In this document: positions 24,601-39,855 of the stretch, one piece after another
Layout of the letters: every line of letters begins with the position of its first letter
Position numbering within the stretch: position 1 is the first letter of the stretch
Assembly: GCA_951406725.2 (NCBI GenBank)
Contig: OX597814.1
Span: 143,530,001 to 143,594,000, forward strand
Reading direction: 5' to 3'
Length of the DNA: 64,000 nucleotides
From: Octopus vulgaris
Lineage: Eukaryota
Made by a program: the position numbers and the translations under genes
Notes under the pieces: generated by a model
Seen by the model: the letters and a program-made list of their open reading frames with translations, nothing else
Told to the model about the DNA's origin: nothing
The model's database searches: none

Positions 24601-26599
24601 TTAATACTTTTTATGTAGTTGTCGAAAGAAGCTCTGGCTTTCGTCAAGAGTGGTCTACATAACCATTCATGATACAGAGGCAGGGAACCTATTCGCCAGG
24701 CGCGCTAGCGATTCTGCCAACTCGCCACCTTTTTAAATACAATGAAAGTTAATGAACATGGAGTGTACTATACAAGCGGAGCTAGACATGGGGTAAGGAC
24801 GTTATACGATAGACGGGTGGTTAAAAACTTGATAAAATAAAAGAAATAGAAAACATAAAACTATAATCGAAATAGAATATAATGGCAATAATAGCAAAAA
24901 TAAATTAGGTTTACCTACTCATGGAAACCTACTTTCCGCACGCATGGAAACCTACTTGTTAGATCAAGTTAGAATACCCCCAAATGTTTGCGCTTCTACT
25001 AGACATTGTATATTTCGTGGATATCCCCGAACTAGCTGTTGCCTTTGTTCATAAATAAATAAATAAAAATAAAATAAAGAAAGAAAAAGGATCTCCTTTC
25101 CGAGGGGTCTTCACCAATATTCGATCCTCTACATACTTCAGGTTTTATCTCATCAGCTCCTGCTCCATTCACATATTAATCGGCTGGGTTTTCTTCAAGT
25201 CGTATAACAGCTTGAGTAGTCCCTTGTCATCATCTCTGATAACTATGAAACTGCACCAGTCCCAGAGTTCGGGCTGTTGTTCCGGTAACCTGAAAGATTT
25301 GCTGGAAGGGTGTGTTGCGTTTTTTTTTTAAATTCTTTTTTTCTCAGACACTAACTTTGATTGCCTTTCAGATTGCATTTGATGCCTATCCTCGCAAGTG
25401 GATTGGGTGGTGCTGATATGAAATAGAGACCATCATTGTCTGCCCCTGAGACTAAATACGAGGTGAAATCCTCAGTCAGCTCAGGACTAGAACAAGGTGC
25501 TTTGACATTGTTCGATTCTGAGAGCAAGCACGAGGCGAATTTTTCGGCCATCCTTAGATGTTGCAACAGATGATACAACTGGCGATGCTTCTAAATGCTT
25601 CAGTCTCCCGATGTTGCTTAATCTTTTTCGCGTTTTCTCAGTTCAGAAAACCCTCAAATGGATCTTGTTGTCGTAAGTGAAATAACTGGAATTTCTGTCC
25701 TCAGTTACCGTTAACGACTGTTGCAAATATGCTAGAAGTTTCTTACCTTACTTCTCTTTCCTTGGGCATCTCAAATGCATGTTGATCTTCCTGTATTGAG
25801 AAAAGCACCTCAGTGTATCTTCTATTTGCTGAAGAGTTTCTGCTACCACACGATATTTCTGCACTTTGGAAATTTTGTACACGTTTGTCGCACGCGGCAA
25901 AAACAAATTAATTTCATGTTTGCTGAAGTTGATATTTAAATATTTAGTTTAGTACTTGGGGTATGAGATTCTTTGATAGAATTGCCTTTCTCTCCTTTGT
26001 TGCTCTGTATTAGTTGCCAACTACCCGGAGTCGGTTGTATACTTTAGGGTGTTCTCTGTTATAGTTTCACAAGCATGATTTGTGTGTCACCTATTTTGAA
26101 AAGGCTAAAATTTTCATGCAATAGTTTCATTTGGATATAAACAGTCTAATCATATAGTTTAGTTTCCTTATTGAACGCTCTAGTTGTTTATTTTAGATCT
26201 CACCAAAAATACAAACACACACATATACATTATACATGCAAACATACCTTCACTCATGCATATATACACACATACATACAAAAAGAAACTGTAAAAATCT
26301 GTAAAACTTTCCAGAGGTTTATCATTTATATATATGTATATGAGCATGTCTAGATATGCAACTATATGCATGGGAATACATACATAAAACAAAACGTACA
26401 AATTTGCACATATACATATACATATATACAAAAATACACTGTTGATGTTGTTGAAATTCCAGTTAAGGAGCTTCGGATCTAGGTTACAAACGAGCTCTTT
26501 CTCTATTGGCAAGAAATCTTGAAATAAAACTGAATAATGACATACATACATACATAATATTTTAAGAAACGAAAGAGGCAGAGGTTTGAGATCAGTACA

Positions 26600-27020
26600 G
26601 ACATCCTTCTAACGTCGTATAGCATTTCTCAGACAGCACCTGCTAAACATCAGCTGTCTTACTGAAATGAATATCTCTTTGAAAATCAAAGAAAAAGAGG
26701 ATAACTACGGACAACTGCTTCGAAACTATCAGCTTCTCTATCCATATTATAAATTCACATTCATACCAATAATAATTGGTGCTTTTTTTTTGTAAGTGAA
26801 TTGTTTTTTGTGACAATCTGAAAAAGCTAGGGTTTTCAGAGAAAGAAATCAACCAGCAAACATTCACATCACAAATTCAATCTGTAAGCAGAATGGTAAT
26901 GCTAGGCAACACTTTTAAAAATTTCAACGTGTCAGATTGTTTTTTTTGATATACATTCCACAGACAGAGCTTTTTTTATTAGAAAGTAGATCCTTCTTTA
27001 TAGAAGAAATTTAAATAACT
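26600..27020 (+). mobile_element. R4/Dong-like (restriction-like endonuclease) LINE 3' fragment
   Basis: ISCLTEMNISLKIKEKEDNYGQLLRNYQLLYPYYKFTFIPIIIGA..LKKLGFSEKEIN matches the REL C-terminal K..KY..L....P...GA.G pattern. Confidence 0.75.
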
Positions 27021-28210
27021 CAAAATAGAAGAGATCATAATACATACATACATACATACATACATACATACATACATACATACATACATACATACATACA
27101 TACATACAGTCTACCCAATAATTTGTTCGCATAAATTTATCTAACATCACATATAATAGATGTAATAATATATATATATATATATATATATAAACTAGTC
27201 ATTAGTTTTCATTAAAATGAAAATGAGTTGTTTTTGTGTTGCATAATTCCTTTCATGTTGTATAATTATTTTTATATTACGTTATTTTATTACCTTTGCA
27301 AGATAATATATAACAGAGGTAATAAAATGAACTTTTCTGAATAAAACTGATCTGAGTAAGATTTTTTTTTTTTTATGAAGATTATTCATTCAGAAATATA
27401 TATTTATTTCTCTGACTTCCGCCGAGATCTCACCCCAATCTACATCCTTCATTGACTTTTGCCAAATGAATTCTTTCGGAATTATTTACTTCCTGTAGCC
27501 ATATTTCGCCAGTTTTCATTTTGTATTAATCTCCCGCTAATGCTAGCGCTTAACCTATCTAATCAACTTACCATACGGCACACATCTATTTGAGGTTGTG
27601 GAAGTTGGTAGACTTAAGTGCTACATATGTGGTATCAACAACCACTTATGAGTTTTCGGAGTGCAGTCGAAGCAAAACCAATGCTCCTCATTTCCCACCA
27701 GTGGTCACAAAAAAAAAGCAACAGCACTAGCAGGAACAATAACAGTAACAACAACGTTGGATTAGACATTTCTGTTTGTACCAGATCCTCCATACCGATG
27801 ATTGTAGATCAATTCTTCTGAGGAAATATTCATATTTGAATTATATATCTCTCATTCATGTCGTCTCGTAGGACGGCTGCCAACAGCCACTAGATGTTTA
27901 TCCATGGTGGCATATTCATCATCCTACATCATCACAGTTCGCTTGCCCATGTGAGAAGAGCTGAAGATAAACTTCTCGTATTCTATAAGGTTCATAAAAT
28001 AACTCCTCGCCTTGTTCCATAAAGTGAGCTTTTAGATCCACTTCTGATCTCTTTCAATACCTCTCGCCGTATGTAAATGCCAACCTTTCAACAGGTTTGA
28101 ATTTTACATGTTTTAAGCCTGTGCACTTGTAGCGAGAGAGCAACTCATGTTTATAACACACAAACACACACGTATGTGTGTGTATGTATGTATGTATGTA
28201 TGTATGTATG

Positions 28211-28243
<33 letters not shown>

Positions 28244-28808
28244 GCCTGGTTGTCTTCTGCCTTTTCTTTTCTACAAACAAACTAGTCTCTTTCAAAGTGT
28301 TTTCCTAAATGTTATTACACCTGATCGTTGACTGTTTTACTACAACTTGTACTTTCCTGAAGATAATAATACCTATAGTCGCAGAAGTGATAGTTGTGGA
28401 AGTGTTTCTAATAAGTATTTCATTAGACTTTTGTGTGACAATTTCTGCTTTTACAGAGTTGGTTAAAAAGAGGTTGTTTCTGTCAGGGCATGATTCAGTA
28501 CTATTAAATTAATAAAAATTTTCATTACTTATATAATCTCTCTTTGATAACCAAAACAATAAAAACTATAGGTCTATTAACGTGAAGATTATTTAGATTT
28601 ATATATTAGCTAACTTTAAAACTCACCATACCTCTCAAAAGGAATCATTTGACTAAACTAAACCCTTCCCTTCTATTTCTTCTAAAAGTATGTACTAGTT
28701 GAAACATGAATCAATTATATAACTTGCTAATAGCAGTACATTAAAACTGAATGTATTTAGTCAGCGAAATTTAAGTCTCTGATGCAAAGAACAATGTCGT
28801 TGAAAGAT

Positions 28809-28861
<53 letters not shown>

Positions 28862-29384
28862 GGGTGAGAGAGACGGCTTGAAGACAAGCATACATTAACC
28901 TCGGTCAGCTGCTCTTCTATTTTACACAGAAAGAGTGGAAGTTTTATACCACTGTTGTACATAGCATATAGAAGTTTATATAAATTATTTTAGGTATTTT
29001 ATACTACAATTGGGGAACAATAGCATCGTTGCTTCCAGTTTTCCAACAGTGTTAATAATTGGAACATTGCATTTAGGACAGCAAGAATGACAGAAGAGTG
29101 TGCACAGCGTGATACTGCATAGATATTGCAAAGGAATTTCATTTTTTTTCTTTTTGCTAACTCACTGATATACATTAGCAAAACATATACACATTCATAC
29201 GCACACAAACGCATATGTATATATATGTGTGTGTGTGTGTGTGTTACACATATATGAGGTTACAATGTTGGTACACCTCTCGTTATTCCATTCCATTATT
29301 TGGAGACTGAAACAAAGAACAGATATCATATTTTGTAACATCACTACACTAAAATTTGGCATATTTATGTGCTTTTCTGTTTTT

Positions 29385-29995
29385 AATTATTTAAATTCAT
29401 CCCCTGAGGAAGGAGCTGGCTTCTAATGCAGATACAAAGCACCATCGTTGGCATTGAGAATGAAAACAATGTCACGTTTTGAACTTCAGAAAAGTCTTAG
29501 GTTTACTGTTCCACATACACATTTGTGCTGTATATATTAGCTAGTTGATTTCTTTTTCTGAAAATCCAAGCTTATCCAGACTGGCAGTTAGGCATTTAGT
29601 TACAAAACCAAGTGCACTGAATACTATTGATATAAATGTATATTTGCAATTTGAATGTAGAAACTGGAGGTTTCGAAGCATTGTTCATAGTTACCTTCTT
29701 TCTCAAAGAGATATTTACTTCGGCATGACTACTGACCTGTACGACGGTACATGCTTTTTCTTGTCTATCCCAAACAACGATGTCCGGCCTGTTATCCTTA
29801 CACTTGACAGATGTCTTGATATAAATGTCCCTCTAGTATTTTTTTGTGTTGATGCCTGTGTTTATTCCAGAGTAGTCTTTTTACTGGATATATATTGTTT
29901 TGCGACAACTCTCGAGGCACACACAGAGGTAGTAAGTACCTTAATGACATTTAGGGGGAGCTGTTAATCACATCAATAATGTCTTCCACAGAAAT
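29385..29995 (-). mobile_element. R4/Dong-like LINE 3' fragment (second copy, opposite strand)
   Basis: VEDIIDVINSSP*MS..IKTSVKCKDNRPDIVVWDRQEKACTVVQVSSHAEVNIS..SALGFVTKCLTASLDKLGFSEKEIN..KTFLKF, containing the RPD..E nuclease motif. Confidence 0.8.
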
Positions 29996-30012
29996 ATGGT
30001 ATGCATGTACGT

Positions 30013-30083
<71 letters not shown>

Positions 30084-33000
30084 CTAGAACACACATACAC
30101 AGCACAGGGTATATGTTTTGCCTGTTCGTGGGCAGGCTGTTATAAGCGTAATATTTTCTCATCAATTCGCCTGGTGTTAGAACACCTGGAAGTCATAGAC
30201 AAGCAAGATAACTCACATCAGGTCCCGTTACAGGAACGCTGGACATCGATGTTTTGTCGTCTTTATGACTTGTTAATACTGCATACCCGAAACGAGGCTA
30301 TATGTAAGCTAAATCGCGCTTTATGACTATATGCAAAATGGCGCAGAAAACTTTAAATATGAAAGAGAAGCAGCATGAGGGATATAAATAATATCGAATG
30401 CACATATAAAAGGTATGCGTTTTGCCAGTTCGTAGCAGTTCAACAAAACAAAAATATAAAACAACACAATAAAGTTTATTGAATGGATGTATTTCCGGTT
30501 ATTTCATCACCTTCCATAGTTATGGAAGCATCGAAAGAGTTTGTGACAATTGAGCGAATGGGGTTTGTTTGGCCTTGCTAAACGTGATAACTAAATCTTT
30601 AACTCAAATCACACCCTGCGGTTTTGAAAAAGGTAACGTAGAACTTGATACCATTCAAAGGGTGGAATGGTTATGCCGAAACGTCTTTTGGTCATAGATC
30701 TGCTTGAGCTGGAGTTATACATTGAACATATTTTCAGTGGGTTTTATTTGCACTGGTTTCAATACAAATTTTAATTGTTCGAAGGTATTAGGTTACTTTA
30801 GAATATCATAGTATTAGTAGAAAATGTATTCTTTATTACAAGAATGATTCATCCATTGTCGTTATGATCAGTATCTAAAACTGGAAATATTGAATATGAC
30901 TTAAAATAAATATATAAAATAAAATCCTCATCGATTACTTTTCATGCTATAAGATCCGAGAAAACTAGAGTTGGCCTGTGTCTTCTCTCAATTTATTTAT
31001 TGGTTTCCACGCAAAGCATCTCTTTCCATCGAATGGTTCTGTCTGAATCATTAATAGCTTCATTTATTGAATGCAAACCAGTTTATTCCATGTTTTATGC
31101 TTTCCATAAAGACTTAAAAATCAATAAATAATTAACAAATACTTGTCTATTGGATGCATCTTATTATTATAAGGCCGAAGGCAGAGCGCTAACAGAATTG
31201 TTAGAGCGTCAGAAAAATTGCTTTGCAATATTTGTTTATGCTCTTTACGTTTTGAGCTCAAATCCCGCCCAGGTGAAGTTTGTTCCGGGGTTGCTGAAAT
31301 ATTGTCCCAGCCATGTATTGGGGTTAATAGCATTGGATTATCTCCTCCCTCAAAATTCAGGCTTTGTATTTACATTAGAATCCATTATCGCAAGGGAGAG
31401 AATCGTGTAGTCAGGAATCAATATAATTCTTTCTTGTTGAAGTTAAAGTTCATGGATTGAATGAAATGAAATGCCTCGTATCTATTACATTAGTTTAATT
31501 TGATTTGATTTTCTCGTCTCATTTTAACTATGAAGACCTTTATATTCGTATGCAGAAGACGCCTTATATTTTCTTACCACACTTTAAAATTTTAATTATC
31601 CAAATTACATTGATATAAAAGTCTAATTCTATCTTTTACAATATATTTTTTTATTAACACATGTGCATTTTATTTTTATACTCAAGTGTTATCTATTTTC
31701 CTTGGTACAGGAAACCATTGCATGTACTTTACGTTTGTTACGATTCTAGATTGGAAGAAGATTACTCAAAGCCACTTAATACCTTGTTCTTCATAGTTAT
31801 ACTCTTAAATGATACAATAGCATCTTCTTTGCAGATTTACATAGATTTACATTAACATAAGGCTTCTCGCCTTATCTCCTCCACTTGGAAATTGGCGTTG
31901 AGATTTAGATTAAAGCGATCGAGTAATGATGCCTTTTTAAAAGCGAAATGATTATTTTTGAAACTTTTTCTCTTACGAAAAAGCAGGCAACATGCCATCG
32001 ATTGGCAAAATTACAAAAGTCGAGCTTCAGCTTCTGATTTAAAGAAAATAAGCTGGAAATAAATTATACAAGGAATTTAGAATGGTGGGCTGTGAGACAT
32101 TATAGTTTTAATGTATTTACATGGCATGGTATTGATTTTGACTACTGCATGCATTTTGGCTATAGATAGATTTTGTGTTGCTTGGAATCAAAAATTGCAT
32201 TTACTATTAAGAAACTCGATAACTATAACTGTTCCAGCTATGTGTGTTGTTTCTATAAATATGCCAGGTATAATTTTTGCCAGTTGCTACTAACTACAGT
32301 TCTAAGTTCACTTCAAGCAAAATAAGTGTTGTTGTTGTTGTTGTTCCTTTCCAAGACAGCACTGATCAGGCTTTCTTTTGATCATAGGTTCTCCAGTAAT
32401 AGCTATTAATTTATATATTTATTATTCACTTTTTTCTTCTCAGGCACATTTATCCAGTATTTAACTTAATGTTAGCATATTAAAATTGAGTAATATATAT
32501 TAAATACCGAATTAAAAATACATATGCGAAGTAGAGACAATACCATATCAAAAGACTAATATTTATTTCAGCGTTTCTAGAGGCATGGGAGGCAACTCTA
32601 TACATACTTCGGTATTATAAGGCCGCATCTACCCCATAAAGCATAGATTTTATCACACTATCCAAAGTGTTGATGAAAGAATCAGTATGTATAAAATATC
32701 GTACAATTTCACTAAGTACACATCAAAATCAATACATCCACTCTTTCCTAAAAATAACTGCTATTTCTAGATGTTCACAAAGATGGTCTCTCGTTGATTT
32801 GTGTAACAGAAAGCGTCGTTGATCTTATAGATTTTATATAGGCGCTACACACGTAACTCAGAAAGTTGTTACAAGTAAATTATATTACATAATTTATTGT
32901 AACTCAAGATCTGGTTTCGTTAATGTTACTATTCAATATTTAATCATGCTGGGTAATTGATAATTTAGTAGAGATTATGTTACCTAATGTGTTACAGCAG

Positions 33001-33269
33001 TAATAAATCACTGAGCAAATATATAGTTAAACGGCATGCATGAAAATATACAAAGATTTTATATAAATATCATATGTGAACGCTTGTGCTGGTACAACAA
33101 CCTTTCCCGCCACACACATATTTCTAAGGCTGAAAACTCTTCAGAAGTTACTCAGTGACGTCTAGTTTCATGCACAACTCTTTTTAAAGGGTAACATATG
33201 GATAATATCTACGATGTCTTGCACTTAAAACTTAATATCTATGCACACAACAAATATTTATGTGCGTGT

Positions 33270-33304
<35 letters not shown>

Positions 33305-33566
33305 TTGTTTGCGTGCGTGTGTGTGTGTGTTGAGATATGTATTAGTATTAATGATTCGTGACAAATTGCAATCCGTTTCGTTCTTCTGAACTTACCTAGT
33401 TAAACAAGTTAGACAAGTTCATAAGAAGGTACGTTGCAATTTTCCTCGAATTATGAATATATATAAATGCGCTCGTGTGTGTGTTTGCGTTTGTGTAATA
33501 TATATCCTCATTAATTAACTGCGTCTTAAACTCTATCTGACAGTGACTAGCCGTTTCATTATTGAC

Positions 33567-33598
<32 letters not shown>

Positions 33599-33799
33599 TT
33601 CGTACACAGATAGATACATACATACATGCATACATACATATATGATGGTTGTCCACTCGCGACTTTAGGAAGGCTATTACTGACCATTAAGAAGATCGTG
33701 CGCACAGACAATTTATAGGTTATACTTGAAGCACTGCCGGTGACTAATGAACTCGGCTCTTAATAAACGTACGCTTCCGAAGATATTGCAGACCAAGCT

Positions 33800-34700
33800 T
33801 TCCCCCATTCACTGCGTTTTCGAGCATTTCACTTAAATTCTACATGGAAAATTGCGTCATTTTTCCAAAATACCTGCTCCTTCTTTTACTTGCTTCCCCT
33901 ATTGGTGGTAATGTTAAGCGCTGTTTTCCCACTTAACCTTCCATAATTCACATACATCCAAACGAGGACTTTACATAATCCTTAAATCGTAGATTAGGTT
34001 TCAGCTGTCGTTGCCTTCCATAATCAAGTTTACCATGCAGCACCTGCTTAGGAATGCTCTGATCATTCATCGGAATAAGGTGTCTAGTCCAACGTTAACA
34101 GTGTTTATGCACTATCGTTACAATACTGAGGACATTGGTTTCTCTGATGGACCTCTGTGTTTGGCGTCCACAAGGACTAGCCAACATTTAGTATATTTCT
34201 CAGAGATCTCTGATGGAAGCGTTCAAGGACGCCCACATGATGCCTATGAAGGGTTCATGTTTTGCATGAGTACACGAGGAACGTCAATACACACGGACGG
34301 TACACAATAACTTTTGTTCACTTTGTGATGCCGTGTTGAGGCCAGACACGAAACTCAAGAGTCCCGAAGAGATTAGTTGCTTTCTGAAACATTTATCATC
34401 CAAGAAACAATAACGGCTACTTCTACTGCCCCTGTAGACAAACATGTCAACCACTTTTAGTACTTCTCCTTTCACTAAGATAGATGATTTCCCAAATGTG
34501 TTATCTGATGCTGGCTTGAACATTACAAAAGGCTAATGTTGAGTCCAGTTGCCTTGCAAGGTGTATGAAAATGATACTTGAGAATATGTGAATCTTCACC
34601 TGTATGGGCAACTAAGTCACAGTCATCCGCATAAAGGATAGATTGAAAAACATTCGTATTGGCAGCAAATCTCCGCAAATTTTAAGATCTTGCCTGTATC
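33800..34700 (-). mobile_element. RTE (BovB-like) LINE ORF fragment, degenerate
   Basis: ILYADDCDLVAHT (34601-34640), SILVKGEVLKVVDMFVYRGS, LERFHQRSLRNIL, IPKQVLHGKL..RFKDYVK. Confidence 0.88.
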
Positions 34701-34779
34701 ATAGAAAGGATTCCGATTCATCTGAGAAGCAACAGACATGATTCACCGCAAAATAGCTACATGGAAACTGTAGAGAAGA

Positions 34780-35900
34780 ACAAAAGCAGGAAAATATCAA
34801 TGGACTCCATACTAAGTTCTATCATGTAGATAGTTCTAAAACACTTCGGTTACACTGACCGATTTATAACAGTCGTACAAGTGGTCTACGACAATATGGT
34901 TGAACTTGCATATCATCGAATAAATATCCCTGAAGAATTTTCAATCACAAACGTATCGAAGTAAATATGTGTATTTGTATTTCCTTCAATATTCCTCCCG
35001 CTTGAATTGACAGTCATGTTAACAACAAACAACTGCGAAGTTGAATCAAGTTGGCTTCGATAAGGATTTCTTAAGCTGTCTAGAGCCAGCTAATAAAGAC
35101 TAATCAACATCACCTCGATCACCGGACTGCAGTTTGTGGACGATAAAACTTTACTTACTCATGTGAAGATCTGCAAGAGCTTAACATCAAGAACACATGT
35201 TCTTGCTTTATTCTAACAATGAACATCCAGAAAAAGGTGTTTACTCATCATGTTCCCAGGAGACATCTTGTATAGTTAAATATTACCACCTCCAGCACAT
35301 CTCTCGACTGGTGGATCATGTCTTTTATACTAGAACCCTATTCTCGATCCAATTTAAATCATAGAAGGATGCGGATGACATGATACATTTTAGTAAGATT
35401 TTACTGGCAAATATATATTAATAAAAAATGAAATCCATCAAACAAAATTCACTGCGTGTGTATCTGTCATTCTTCCAGCCTTTCTTTATGGATACAAAAT
35501 ATGAATTCTATTAACAAAACATCTTAGAATTAGAAAATTTTACTCGTAGAAATTTCGATGAATCTTGATAATTAAATGGAAAAACTTCGTTGTCATCTTT
35601 ATTGTATTTGATAAAACAGCAAGTTAATGACCTCACCTGGTTTCTCTGCTAGACTAACTACAGCGAACTCGACATGATTAAGCAAACCATTCGGCAAACC
35701 ACTGTGACGATACATTACAACATATCAAAAACAGTCAGAAAGAGGCAAATGTTAGCCATAAAACGTGCAAAGAACAAGCAGCAGATAGAGAACTCTTGTG
35801 TGAATTCATCTCAAATGCCGCATAAATTTTTGATTGAGAATGTTGCAGAAACATCAAGGGCTGAGTAACATGGACGAAAAATACTCCGAGCACAATTATG
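34780..35900 (+). mobile_element. Second RTE LINE fragment, opposite orientation, more degenerate
   Basis: VLKHFGYTDRFITVVQVVYDNM..EFSITN, QFVDD, and LYGYKI*ILLTKHLR. Confidence 0.6.
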
Positions 35901-36355
35901 TCCATCTTTGTCAGTTAAGTGCAAATTGCAGAGTAAGAGGCTTCATCAAATATCGCTCTCTCTCTCTTTCCTCATTCACCAGAAATTCGAACGTGAACAA
36001 TGAGAAAGGAGTGATTGAATGAATTAATAATTGAATAAATGAACAGACAAAAGATAAATTAGGCGGAAAAATAAACAGAGGAACACAATTATTGAAATTT
36101 TCACTCATTCGTATCTCTATCAACAATTCAAATAGTTCCTCATTCTTATATTCATTGTAACTCTCCAATTACGCACGCGCGCACACTCGTGCGCGCGTAT
36201 TGTTATAGTATTTGGTGAAACGCAATAAGTAATCTATATGTTTCTACATATGAGACAGGCGTCTATCGCTAAAATAAGATATGTTTCTTTTCATTTAGGA
36301 TTTTTAACTGCTATTCTGATACCTACATACAAACATACATACATACATACATACA

Positions 36356-36386
<31 letters not shown>

Positions 36387-36811
36387 GTACATACGCATAT
36401 ACTCACACTCATACATACATGTGAATATGTGTGTTCATGTATATATATATTTTATATACATACATATATGCATACATATATACATATACATGTACATACA
36501 TGCATATATAAATATATATATATATAAACAAAATAAGGCGCCTGTGCGTGCTTGTGTGTTTGAATGCGCGTATGTATATGAAGTATATGCACTATCTATA
36601 CTTATAAATGTACTTTTGTATATGCATATACACACACACATATGTATGAATGTATTTTTAAATATATACATATATGAATAATTGAATAAATGCATAGATA
36701 TAAATTAAATTGTATATGTGTATATAACTATATATACCTACGCGTGTGTGTGTAAATTATGTGTGCACGCTTATAAAAAACCTACAATTGCACACGCACA
36801 CACACACACAC

Positions 36812-36945
<134 letters not shown>

Positions 36946-37183
36946 GATAGATAGATAAAGATTGCAAAGATCCAATTTTTTCTGTATTAATAAATAATAT
37001 ATTAGACAAGTATTAATTTGAAAGCATTTATAATCTAAGTTGTGTTCCTTGTGTCAGACACTTATGTCCATTCTTTAATCATTAATATGCATGATACACA
37101 GAAATAGAACATTTCTATCTCGTTGATCTCTTTCCTAAATTTACTGCACAAAAAATATTATTTTTAAAACTATAAATATCTCT

Positions 37184-37243
<60 letters not shown>

Positions 37244-37338
37244 TGAAAGCAATGAACTCACATTATTGAAGAGGACACAGAAGAGATGAATTTTAACAAA
37301 TATTGTATATAATTAACACTTCAAATGAAAGGAAATGG

Positions 37339-37374
37339 TCTTGACGTTTCGGATGCTACCTCTTCATCAGAAAA
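37339..37374 (-). ncRNA. Minimal hammerhead motif (canonical CUGAUGA..GAAAC GUC)
   Basis: Minus strand: UUUU CUGAUGA agaGG-uagcau-CC GAAAC GUC AAGA. It lies in an element next to a long (TA)n. Confidence 0.65.
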
Positions 37375-38010
37375 TATATTGAAGAGAATAAAAGAGAAGG
37401 AAAGAGAAAAGTGGTTGGAAGAAAAACAAATGAGCGTGGGGTTAGGGACAAGATAAGAAGGCCTTTCTGAGAATGCCCGTATAGGAGTGCTACCATATAT
37501 TTCGATGGTCATAACGTGAATGTTTATATATGCGTAATGGTATACTGTGCAAAGAAAACGTGAAAAAGAGGAGGAAGAAACAGCGCAAGTATGCTGTTGA
37601 AGGTAAAGCAAAAAAATATGCAGATAGAGCGGTATTTCCCATTGATAACAGCTAAAACACCAGAAAGGCATCTGTGAATACGACAGTGTGCAGCACTGGA
37701 CGGATAAGGTGTTGTGACACCTCTTTTTTTAACCATGAGGAAGAATTTTTTTCTGCACGCTAACTGCAGTTAATTTGCCTTTACAGGTTGAAATCTGTCA
37801 CTAACATATTTTATCTTACCTAAATTTCGCTTACGCCTAAACACTGCTTGGCGCTGATACTGCTGTAATAAACACATACATACATACATACACACATACA
37901 CACATACATACAAACATACATACATACATACATACATAACATACATGCATACATACATAACATACATACATATATACATACATACATACATACATACATA
38001 CATACATACA

Positions 38011-38046
<36 letters not shown>

Positions 38047-38077
38047 TATGTATGTATATGTGTGTATATATATATAT

Positions 38078-38286
38078 AACGGGAAGCTTTATGAAAATAG
38101 ACAAAAGACGAAGGCAGGTGGAATACAAACAAACAATTGTATTAGTATGGCGCTCAGGAAATATAAATAAAACAAGTCTTTAACGTTTCGAGCCTACGCT
38201 CTTCAACAGAAAGATACACAGAGAAAAAACACAGAAAGAAGGAGAGAAAAAAATATGCGTGCAGAGGCTAGCGAATCAACATGGCG

Positions 38287-38290
<4 letters not shown>
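38078..38290 (-). mobile_element. (TA)n-embedded Penelope-type terminal repeat family, copy 1, with hammerhead variant at 38177-38214
   Basis: Homologous to 55150-55340 (caaaagacgaag.caggtgg..cgctcaggaa..acgtttcgagcctacgctcttc..cagaaag). Minus-strand motif UCUUU CUGUUGA A GAGC-GUAG-GCUC GAAAC GUU AAAGA. Confidence 0.75.
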
Positions 38291-38344
<54 letters not shown>

Positions 38345-38747
38345 TCGACAAATGTAAGAATAAGGCGCTCAACACAATTAGTAAGAGTTATCTGTTATAT
38401 TATTTAAAACTTTTTCCTGCCCTGTATGCATGTATGTGCAATATCTTAATCTAAACATTGCGAATGAATCTCAGAAGACGGAAATTCTGAGGACGCATTT
38501 CCAATGAGGAATACTTGTAAATCGAGGTGCCAGCTTCTTCCAACACCTAGCTGTTTACTCTATATCGAACAACTTAGACCTTCGCTGAAACCGACGAAGG
38601 CCAATGTACTCCGTTTTACATATACGCGCGCGCAGAAGCTCGCATAACGCTCAAACATATGCACACTCACTTCCACATAAACATATACACATGTATAAGT
38701 TGTGTATATATATATATATACATATGTATACATATATACATATAAAT

Positions 38748-38778
<31 letters not shown>

Positions 38779-38779
38779 G

Positions 38780-38856
<77 letters not shown>

Positions 38857-39014
38857 GAATATATGTGTATGTATATGTAATGTGTGTATACATATAGTAA
38901 TAATATAGTAATAATAGGTTCCCGTAAACGAACTTAAATACATATATATATAAATATATATGTATATATATGTTTATATGTATAAATATGTAAGTATATA
39001 TATATGTATATATG

Positions 39015-39092
<78 letters not shown>

Positions 39093-39227
39093 GTATGTAT
39101 TCATAGACAGATATACATTTATTTTTATCTCTCGCGCTCTCTACCACGATGTCTCCCTGACTCTCCCTCCTTTCTCTCTCCCCCTCACTCACTCTCTCCT
39201 CCTTCTCCCTCTCCTTCTGTCTCTCCT

Positions 39228-39273
<46 letters not shown>

Positions 39274-39806
39274 CACACACACATATATACCATGAAACAA
39301 AGACCAGTCTTTCATGACTGGTTTTTGTTTTGTAATATTCATTTACTTAGTTGTTAACAAGCTTAAAAATCGATTATATCTTATACTTTAGTTGTTTTCT
39401 CTGTCGGTTATCGAGTCTGTCTAGAATAATGCCGCAATATAGATGTCTCGTTTATTTCGTCGAGATCTTTTGATCTTCTATTAAGATTAACAAATTCGTT
39501 TATTTTTAGTTTATAATGGGTTCTGACTAACAATCGACATAAATAAAATATCTAAAAATCACCATTGAACTTATTAATGTACAATATTTTCAGACAATAA
39601 TGTTCCATATTGTTTTCACCAAAGTCTTCTGCCTTGTTTTAGCACTTTCTATATCCCACAAACAATACTTGAAGATTGAAATCTGCTTCGTAAAGACGAA
39701 GAAAGAATAGTATTTTCATCAGACGACTAATAATATATCATAGGTAGGATCCTTGGAGCGGGCGACAGTGATATACATACATACATACATATATACATTC
39801 ATGCAT

Positions 39807-39855
<49 letters not shown>

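Noticed and set aside
26541-27107. (TACA)n target specificity of the R4/Dong-like LINE
   Set aside because: Copy 1 is flanked by (TACA)n, but copy 2 has the repeat in the opposite relative orientation, and the microsatellite is ubiquitous here.
24900-28550. Further coding-like remnants (25200-25900, 27400-28550; also 58600-58900, 60220-60640)
   Set aside because: Probably decayed retroelements, but motifs are too weak to assign a family by eye.
32941-32996. Pre-miRNA-like hairpin
   Set aside because: AT/GU-rich imperfect pairing with no match to conserved miRNAs I know. Likely chance.
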